From the NCBI GenBank assembly GCA_045541135.1, contig JAZQIO010000006.1, positions 11,512 to 75,511 of the forward strand: a stretch of 64,000 bases of DNA, read 5' to 3'. Under the pieces are notes generated by a model. The model did not search any database and was not told where the DNA came from. It was given only the letters and a program-made list of their open reading frames with translations. The stretch is from Clostridia bacterium. Its GTDB lineage: Bacteria; Bacillota; Clostridia; Monoglobales; Firm-18. Numbering within the stretch: position 1 is the first letter of the stretch; the number at the start of each line of letters is the position of its first letter. The translations under genes were made by a program, and so were the position numbers. Shown piece by piece: positions 57,213 to 64,000 of this stretch.

Positions 57213-58475
57213 TTACTCCTTTATCATTTTACAGATAAAAAATCCGTCATATTCATCATCAGTCAAAAATGTCTGCATTGAATCTATTCTGAAATTATAT
57301 TTTTCAGCAAATTCTTCTGCAACAAATTCATTTTCATTTTTATTTACGGTACAGGTTGAATATACCAAAGTACCACCTTTTTTTAAGTATTTTTCAGCAT
57401 TTTCAAGTATATTTTTCTGAATACCTGCAATCACATCAAAATCTGTAGTTTCCTTGTTCCATTTTATGTCAGGCTTTTTGCGTATTATACCAAGTCCACT
57501 GCAAGGTACGTCAGCCAGAATTTTATCAGCTTTACCTACAAAATTCTCCATAAGCACAGTACCGTCTTGTACCTTTGCAGTAACATTTTTAATACCAAGC
57601 CTTTTGTAGTTTCCCTCTATAAGCTTAATTTTATGCTCAAACAAATCGAAGGCGTATATCCTTGCCCCGTCACCGCACATTTCAGCCATAGCTGTGGTTT
57701 TACCTCCCGGTGCGGAGCACAAATCCATTATAAATTCGCCATCTTTTGCACATACAGCCTTTGCCGCCATATACGAGCTTAAGCCCTGAGGTGTTATAAG
57801 TCCGCTTGTATATTCCGGTAATTTCGAGATATCCCCAAAACCCGAAATTTTAAGTATATTTTCACACTTTGTTTTTTCAACAGCTATACCTTTTTCATTC
57901 AATGAGTTTACAACATTTTCTGCATTTGTTTTTAAAATATTTACCCTTATGGTAGTAGCAGACACTTTGTTGTTATTTTCAATAATTACCTTTGCATCAT
58001 CACCATATTGTTCAAAAAGCATATCCACAAGCCATTTTGGATGAGAATAGAAAACCTCATAATATTCCCTACCATTCGGATACTCTACATCGCCGCTTCT
58101 GCCAACGTTTCTCAAAACTCCGTTTACAAAACCGCTTGATGCCTGATGTCCGTACCGTTTAGCAAGCTTTACACTTTCATTAACTGCGGCACTAAGTGGT
58201 ATTTTATCAAGAAATATAATCTGATAAACACCCATACGCAGTATATTTATAATCCAGTCGGATATTTTTTTTAGCTTTTGTTTACTGTACTTTGAAATTA
58301 TAAAGTCAAGTCTTGTACGGTTTTTCAAAACACCGTACACAAGCTCCGTTGCAAATCCCCTGTCAACAGCCGTAAGTTCAGATGCCGCCAACTGTTTTTT
58401 TAGTTCAATGCCCGGATATGCACCGTTTTTTTCAACCTCATAAAGCACCTTCAAAGCAAGCTGTCTTGCTGTCAT
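57213..58475 (-). CDS. rsmB: 16S rRNA (cytosine967-C5)-methyltransferase
   Basis: NusB-like N-domain plus a SAM methyltransferase domain (DLCSAPGGKT, DVPCSGLG, YSTCT). Confidence 0.9.
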   Translation of the reverse strand: MTARQLALKVLYEVEKNGAYPGIELKKQLAASELTAVDRGFATELVYGVLKNRTRLDFIISKYSKQKLKKISDWIINILRMGVYQIIFLDKIPLSAAVNESVKLAKRYGHQASSGFVNGVLRNVGRSGDVEYPNGREYYEVFYSHPKWLVDMLFEQYGDDAKVIIENNNKVSATTIRVNILKTNAENVVNSLNEKGIAVEKTKCENILKISGFGDISKLPEYTSGLITPQGLSSYMAAKAVCAKDGEFIMDLCSAPGGKTTAMAEMCGDGARIYAFDLFEHKIKLIEGNYKRLGIKNVTAKVQDGTVLMENFVGKADKILADVPCSGLGIIRKKPDIKWNKETTDFDVIAGIQKNILENAEKYLKKGGTLVYSTCTVNKNENEFVAEEFAEKYNFRIDSMQTFLTDDEYDGFFICKMIKE

Positions 58476-59383
58476 ATAAGCAAATCTCCTACTTTTATTT
58501 TATTACCAAGCAAATAGTCCTTTGCACTCATACGTCTTTTACCTTCGGGCTGTACTTCCGTAAGAATTACAGAGCCGTCACCGCAACCAACGACTATTCC
58601 ACCTGTAAAGTCCAAAACCTTGCCACACTCACCTTTGGCACTTCCAACCTCTGCTGTAAACACTTTTAAAAGCTTACCGTCTGCAGTTGTTCGTGCGGCA
58701 GGAAAGGGATTCATACCCCTTACTAAATTCACAATTTCCTGTGCATTTTTTGTCCAGTCTATAACCGTCATTGACTTATCTATCATAGAAGCATAGCAAG
58801 AAAGTGAATCATCTTGTTTTTCAGGAACAATTTCATCAATTTTTTCAAGTGTTTCAAGCAAAATATCAGGACACATAACAGCCATTTTGTCGTGAAGCTC
58901 GCCGCCTGTCATAGTGTCTGTTATTTCTATTTCCTCTTTAAGGAGCATATCTCCCGTGTCAAGACCCTCATTCATAAGCATAGTTGTTATACCCGTAACC
59001 TTTTCACCATCTACAATACACCATTGTATAGGTGCCGCACCACGGTATTTTGGCAAAAGCGACGCATGGACATTTATGCAACCGTGCTTTGGGTATTCAA
59101 GTACATATTTGGGTAAAATTCTGCCGTATGCAATTACCACTATTACATCGGGATTATACTTTTCAAGTTCAGGTAAAAACGCACCATCTTTAAATTTAGT
59201 TGGTTGCAATACATCTATATTATGTGTCAAGGCAACTTCCTTTACAGGTGACATTGCCATTTTCTGACCTCTGTTTTTTGGTTTATCGGGCTGTGTAACC
59301 ACACAAACCACATTATGCTTTTCAATTAAAGCTTCAAGACATGGTACTGCAATATCAGGCGTACCCATAAACATAACATTCAT
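58472..59383 (-). CDS. fmt: Methionyl-tRNA formyltransferase
   Basis: FMGTPD..., INVHASLLPKYRGAAPI motif. Confidence 0.9.
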   Translation of the reverse strand: MNVMFMGTPDIAVPCLEALIEKHNVVCVVTQPDKPKNRGQKMAMSPVKEVALTHNIDVLQPTKFKDGAFLPELEKYNPDVIVVIAYGRILPKYVLEYPKHGCINVHASLLPKYRGAAPIQWCIVDGEKVTGITTMLMNEGLDTGDMLLKEEIEITDTMTGGELHDKMAVMCPDILLETLEKIDEIVPEKQDDSLSCYASMIDKSMTVIDWTKNAQEIVNLVRGMNPFPAARTTADGKLLKVFTAEVGSAKGECGKVLDFTGGIVVGCGDGSVILTEVQPEGKRRMSAKDYLLGNKIKVGDLLI

Positions 59384-59393
59384 AATTATTCTC

Positions 59394-59855
59394 CTATTTA
59401 TTTTCCGGTTCTACAAATTCAGTTACATGGCTTGAAAACAAAATACCGTCAAGGTGTTCAATCTCGTGGCAGAATGCTCGTGCAAGCAAGCCCTCACCCT
59501 CGTATTCATAAATATCACCTGTTCTGTCGGCGGCACGCACCTTTACTTTGTCAGGGCGTTCAACATACCCCCACTTGCCGGGCAGACTAAGGCAGCCTTC
59601 AAGGTCATTTTGTGTACCCTCGGTGGATACAATTTCAGGATTTATAAGCTCTATAAGTCCATCACCAATATCAATTACCGCAATTCTTTTAAGCACACCA
59701 ACCTGAGGTGCCGCAAGACCAACACCACCGGAATCGTAAAGTGTGTCTATCATATCGTCAAGTAAGGTTATAATTCTGTCGTCTATTTTTTCAACAACTC
59801 TGCACTTTTTGGAAAGTACAGGGTCACCAACCTTTACAATAGTTCTTATTGCCAT
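59394..59855 (-). CDS. def: Peptide deformylase
   Basis: GVGLAAPQVG, EGCLSLPG, HEIEHL motifs. Confidence 0.9.
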   Translation of the reverse strand: MAIRTIVKVGDPVLSKKCRVVEKIDDRIITLLDDMIDTLYDSGGVGLAAPQVGVLKRIAVIDIGDGLIELINPEIVSTEGTQNDLEGCLSLPGKWGYVERPDKVKVRAADRTGDIYEYEGEGLLARAFCHEIEHLDGILFSSHVTEFVEPENK

Positions 59856-59867
59856 TTAATGTTCCTC

Positions 59868-62282
59868 CTAATTCATAGAGTTTGGATTAATGTCTATAAA
59901 AAGCTGATTTTCACTTTTTGCATAATAATCTGCAATTGTGTGAAGTAAATCCAAAAGCTCAGATGCTTTTTTGTGACGCAATATAATACGCCACCTGTAT
60001 TTATTTTTAATTCTGCTGTAAGGTGCAGGTACAGGACCCATAACAGTAAGTCCTCGTAAGCGAAGTCTGTTTGCAATACGTCCAAGCTCGTGTATAACGC
60101 TTTCTTCCTTTTCACCCTGCATCATAAGTAAAACAAAGTCATTAAAGGGTGGATTTTTAAGCATTTCCCTTATTTCAATTTCATTTTCATAAAAGCTTTC
60201 GTAATCGTGATTTTTTGCAAATTCCAAAGCATAGTGTTCAGGCTGGTAAGTCTGTACAATGGCTCTGCCCTCTATGTCACCTCTGCCTGCACGGCCGCAC
60301 ACCTGCGTAATCTGTGCAAATGTACGCTCTGCCGCACGGAAGTCGTCTATATTAAGTGAAATATCTGCCGCAAGCACACCCACCAATGTTACGTTTGGAA
60401 AATCAAGTCCCTTTGTAACCATTTGTGTGCCAAGTAAAATGGGTATTTTTTTACTTTGAAATCTGTTTAAAATAGCCTCGTGTGAATTTTTGCCCGATGT
60501 AGTATCTGCATCCATTCTCACAAATGAATTTTCGCCGAAAAGCTTTGAAATTTCTTCCTCTGCCTTTTCAGTACCACTGCCCATATAGCGTATATGTGTG
60601 CCACCACATATTGGGCATATTTTCGGAATAGCCTGCTCGTAACCGCAGTAGTGACACTTTAAAACATTAGAATTTTTATGATATGTCATTGAAACACTGC
60701 AGTTTCTGCACTTTATAGCCTCACCGCAGTCACGACACATAACAAAGCTGTTAAAGCCTCTGCGATTCAAAAACAAAATTGTCTGCTGGCCGCAGGAAAT
60801 ATTCTTATCTATTTCTTCCAAAAGTCTGCGGCTGAAAACGCTTGTGTTACCGCCTCTAAGCTCTTCACGCATATCCACCGTTTCAATTTCAGGCATAGAC
60901 ATAAAGTTATGTCTGTTTTTCATTTCGTACAGGTTATACATACCTGTCTTTGCCCTGTAATATGTGCTTACTGAAGGAGTTGCAGATGCCATAACAAGCA
61001 TTGCACCCTCATTTTTACAACGGAACATTGCCGCCCTTTTCGCATCATATCTTGGTGAATTGTCAGACTTATAGGTAGTTTCGTGCTCTTCGTCAATTAT
61101 TATTATACCCAAATTTTCAAAGGGAGCAAACACTGCACTTCTTGCACCTATTGCAACAGAAACCTCACCGTTTAGAATTTTATTCCATTCGTCAAACTTT
61201 TCCCCTGCGGAAAGTGCACTGTGCAAAACGCTTACCTTGTCACCAAATCGACCTACAAAACGGTCTACCATCTGCGGAGTAAGTGAAATTTCAGGAACAA
61301 GCACAATGGCTTGTTTACCCATATTTAAATAATATTCAATAATTTGTAAAAATACCTCTGTTTTACCGCTGCCTGTAACGCCTCGTATTAAACTGGGCTT
61401 GGTATCACCCTTTTTGTGGTTATCAATAAGGCTGCCAAGTACCACCTGCTGTTCATCTGTAAGCACCTTTTTTTCGGTTCTTTGATATTTGGATGCTTCA
61501 AAGGTATTGCGGTAAACCTTAAGGTCATAAAATTCTATAATTCCTTTTTGTTCAAGGGCATTAAGTGCCGCATATGACCCTTCGGAAAACATCACAATAT
61601 CAGCCGCCGAAATGTCACCTGTCTGACGCAGTATTTCAAGCATTTTAAATTGCTTCGGTGCTTTTTTATGAAGTGCCGACCAATCCTCGGTATATTCTCC
61701 CATTTCCGTAAGTCGCACCATACGAACAAGCTTGCTTTTTACATTTTGTGCAATGGTATCGTCAAGAGAAATAACACCGCTTTTTTCCAAAGACTTTATT
61801 GCAGTATTAACATTAGACACCCAGGCAACAGCACCGTAGTCAACAGTACCTCCCGCATCAACAAGTATTTCCAAAAGTTTCTTTTTAGATGCGGACTTGC
61901 CACTTAGCTTTTCTATATCTATATCAGTATTAAGGAGAGTTATCCAACGTGTGGTCTTAATTTTTGTGCCTGATGCAACCACTAATCTCAAAGCCTGATA
62001 ATATGTGCATATGCTTGTTTTTTGAATATACTCTGCAAGCTCCAAAAGCTTTGGAGTACAAAGTGGTTTTTCATCAATAACCCTTGTTATTTCCTTTAAT
62101 TTTGTAAAGTTGGATTTATCCGTAAAACCGGTTACAATACCCTCTACGGTTTTATTACCTCTGCCAAAGGGCACAACAACTCTTGCTCCCGGCAAAACAT
62201 TTGTATCATCAGGAACAAGATACGAGAATTTTTTATTCAGTTCTCTGCTGTTATTGGCTATTACAACCTCTGCAATACGCAA
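59868..62282 (-). CDS. priA: Primosomal protein N' (replication restart helicase)
   Basis: 804 aa; GVTGSGKTEV Walker A, DEEH, Cys-rich Zn region (CRDCGEAIKCRNCS...CHYCG...CPICG). Confidence 0.9.
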   Translation of the reverse strand: MRIAEVVIANNSRELNKKFSYLVPDDTNVLPGARVVVPFGRGNKTVEGIVTGFTDKSNFTKLKEITRVIDEKPLCTPKLLELAEYIQKTSICTYYQALRLVVASGTKIKTTRWITLLNTDIDIEKLSGKSASKKKLLEILVDAGGTVDYGAVAWVSNVNTAIKSLEKSGVISLDDTIAQNVKSKLVRMVRLTEMGEYTEDWSALHKKAPKQFKMLEILRQTGDISAADIVMFSEGSYAALNALEQKGIIEFYDLKVYRNTFEASKYQRTEKKVLTDEQQVVLGSLIDNHKKGDTKPSLIRGVTGSGKTEVFLQIIEYYLNMGKQAIVLVPEISLTPQMVDRFVGRFGDKVSVLHSALSAGEKFDEWNKILNGEVSVAIGARSAVFAPFENLGIIIIDEEHETTYKSDNSPRYDAKRAAMFRCKNEGAMLVMASATPSVSTYYRAKTGMYNLYEMKNRHNFMSMPEIETVDMREELRGGNTSVFSRRLLEEIDKNISCGQQTILFLNRRGFNSFVMCRDCGEAIKCRNCSVSMTYHKNSNVLKCHYCGYEQAIPKICPICGGTHIRYMGSGTEKAEEEISKLFGENSFVRMDADTTSGKNSHEAILNRFQSKKIPILLGTQMVTKGLDFPNVTLVGVLAADISLNIDDFRAAERTFAQITQVCGRAGRGDIEGRAIVQTYQPEHYALEFAKNHDYESFYENEIEIREMLKNPPFNDFVLLMMQGEKEESVIHELGRIANRLRLRGLTVMGPVPAPYSRIKNKYRWRIILRHKKASELLDLLHTIADYYAKSENQLFIDINPNSMN

Positions 62283-62337
62283 AAAATCACCCTATTATAT
62301 TTTATCACCTTTTACAACCTTTTACAAGAGATTTTGA

Positions 62338-62372
62338 CAAAAAAACGGATATGAAAAACATATCCGTTTTTT
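62338..62372. terminator. Bidirectional-looking terminator downstream of the metallophosphoesterase gene, upstream of priA
   Basis: AAAACGGATATG aaaaa CATATCCGTTTT with flanking A/T runs. Confidence 0.65.
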
Positions 62373-62400
62373 AATATATTCATAATTTCCTATAACTGCT

Positions 62401-63717
62401 TTATTTGCTCAGGGTTTTAGCCTTTACAACAAGAGGAGCTTTGCTTTTGTTAAAAAACCAATCTCTTGCATACACCTTAAATATATATTCTGTATCAGGC
62501 TCAAGTCCGCCTATTGCAACAGAATAATAGTCGCTGTAATATTCACAGGAGGCGTCAATGTGATGCTCTGTATTAACAAAGTTTTCCCCAACAAGGTTAC
62601 CATCTGTATCATAAGCTTCAAGAAGGTATGAATGTATGTTGTCTTTAACCTCTGCAGCAGGGAAGAACAGTGTAGCATATGTATCCTTTTTATCTATTCC
62701 CATATACGCAGTTTCTGCAAATTCTGCAGGTACTGATGCCGCCTTTCTGCTATTTACATCGTAAAGCTTTTCACCAATTTTAAAGTGCCAGTCCTTTCCA
62801 CAGGATTTTGTACAAAGTGAAAAGTCCTGATTATTTTTTCTACCCTCTGTAAGTGCTCTCATTTCATCAGTCCAGAAGCTTAAGCGTTCTAAATTCACTT
62901 CATTTCCCGAAACAGTCATATATAAAGCGTGCTTTGTTCTTAAATTATCACCGTTTACAGGACTTCCGTATACGTACCCATAGTTTAAGGTAGAACAGTT
63001 AATTGTTGTAAAATTCGGCACATTCTCTTCACTTGGTTGCCATATTGCAGATTCATCAACAAGCGATGTATGGGTGTGCCCTGTAAATATAACAAGATTT
63101 TCATAGTCACGGGCATTTGCAGGATCTTCCACCTCTTTATTCCCACCCGGAGTTGTACCGTCAAGGTAGTCGTGCTGAATGTAAAATACAGGCTTATCCG
63201 GATTTTCACTGCAGACTTTTTCAATAAAAGGCTCTGCAAGTCTTTCATTACCCCAATGAGCACCTATAAACGTATAACCTCCAACTTCCTTTTTTACAAT
63301 TGGGCTGTATTCTTCACCAAACACATTTTTCCAGTGTTCAAAATCTCCGCCCTTTGATTTTTCCTGAACCTGAACCCTGTTGTCGTGGTTACCGTAAATG
63401 CACATAAGCTCTGTTGTAGTACCTGAAAAAACTTCATCAAAAATAGCCTTTAATTCACCTATTTCTTTTCTGGAAATAACAGTACCACCATCGCGTGTAC
63501 CGTTTTCATAGTCGCAGGCGTTGGACATATCACCGGGCACAAGTATAAGGTCAACTCCGCGGTTTTTAAACCAGCAAAGGGTGTATCTCCACCATTCCTT
63601 TTGTAGTTCTCCGTAATAACCTATTTTTCCTAATTTTCCATAGTACTTAGGATCATTGTGTCCGTTAAAACCAATGTGTACATCACTTATAATTCCTACT
63701 CTTACCTGATTATCCAT
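62401..63717 (-). CDS. Calcineurin-like metallophosphoesterase with C-terminal FN3-like domain
   Basis: GIISDVHIG, VPGDM, GNHDN, TGHTH motifs. The C-terminal ~90 aa are beta-rich (GLEPDTEYIFKVYA). No signal peptide. Confidence 0.7.
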   Translation of the reverse strand: MDNQVRVGIISDVHIGFNGHNDPKYYGKLGKIGYYGELQKEWWRYTLCWFKNRGVDLILVPGDMSNACDYENGTRDGGTVISRKEIGELKAIFDEVFSGTTTELMCIYGNHDNRVQVQEKSKGGDFEHWKNVFGEEYSPIVKKEVGGYTFIGAHWGNERLAEPFIEKVCSENPDKPVFYIQHDYLDGTTPGGNKEVEDPANARDYENLVIFTGHTHTSLVDESAIWQPSEENVPNFTTINCSTLNYGYVYGSPVNGDNLRTKHALYMTVSGNEVNLERLSFWTDEMRALTEGRKNNQDFSLCTKSCGKDWHFKIGEKLYDVNSRKAASVPAEFAETAYMGIDKKDTYATLFFPAAEVKDNIHSYLLEAYDTDGNLVGENFVNTEHHIDASCEYYSDYYSVAIGGLEPDTEYIFKVYARDWFFNKSKAPLVVKAKTLSK

Positions 63718-63804
63718 ATTTTTATACCGTCCCTTTCAGTATTAATTACATATCCATGTTTGCGTCCTATGCAGTAATGCCTTTTAACATTCTATCACAC
63801 CAAA

Positions 63805-63836
63805 TAAAAAAGCACAAGCCAAAAACGGCTCGTACT
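63805..63836 (-). terminator. Rho-independent terminator of the gene entering from the right window edge
   Basis: Minus strand: GTACGAGCC gttttt GGCTTGTGC (two G-U pairs), then TTTTTT. Confidence 0.5.
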
Positions 63837-63896
63837 TTAATAAATTTATTTGAATTCAGGTCTTAGCATAACGGGTGATTCTCCAAACTTATCCAA

Positions 63897-64000
63897 TTAT
63901 TCAACATTATTTATATAAAATTCCTCAATTATTACTCCGGTGACATAGGTATATACTTCACCGCATTCAAAGTAGAAAACGGTTAATTCCGGGAACATAT
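63897..64000 (-). CDS. 3' end of an unidentified gene (window-truncated) or a 33-aa ORF
   Basis: Open frame ...MFPELTVFYFECGEVYTYVTGVIIEEFYINNVE* ending at TAA (63897-63899). It cannot be extended beyond the window. Confidence 0.25.
   Translation of the reverse strand, partial: MFPELTVFYFECGEVYTYVTGVIIEEFYINNVE

Overview
64-kb chromosomal segment of a low-GC, probably spore-forming Firmicute (Clostridia-like: spoVM, whiA, an SLH surface protein, AGGAGG-type Shine-Dalgarno sites). Layout: (i) 1-14.0 kb is an accessory carbohydrate region: a PfkB kinase 3' end, iolB and an aldose epimerase; DUF4867-like protein, FGGY kinase and a fused EtfB/EtfA; GH88 plus an in-frame discoidin-like::KduI fusion; two AraC regulators; a CBM9-like protein; a Gfo/Idh/MocA oxidoreductase plus a TIM-barrel isomerase. 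Each transcription unit here is bounded by members of a mosaic intergenic repeat family. (ii) 14.0-18.6 kb holds an ECF sigma/anti-sigma/SLH protein module and a 19-Cys protein with a CCCCCC run. (iii) 18.7-38.9 kb, minus strand, is core: rpmB, pgsA, pfkA, dnaE, whiA, then an inserted FAD-oxidoreductase/amidohydrolase pair with a gene remnant, ppa, pnp, rpsO, ribF, truB, nrnA, rbfA, infB, ylxQ, ylxR, nusA, rimP. (iv) 39.1-47.7 kb is a plus-strand operon: HAD phosphatase, LtaS-family, valS, folC, membrane protein, ymdB. (v) 47.8-63.7 kb holds fba and the minus-strand priA-def-fmt-rsmB-rlmN-stp-pknB-rsgA-rpe-thiN-spoVM cluster, plus a metallophosphoesterase. I saw no rRNA, tRNA, CRISPR array or recognisable defence genes. 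The most notable signal is two ~93% identical (hand-aligned) 276/275-bp non-coding elements with ~25-bp terminal inverted repeats. They sit inside two essential operons (infB|rbfA and stp|pknB), exactly at the TA of a TAG stop codon that abuts the next gene's SD. Second is a family of hairpin-rich intergenic repeats delimiting the sugar-gene modules. All protein calls come from reading the translations and recalling family motifs; no database search was run.
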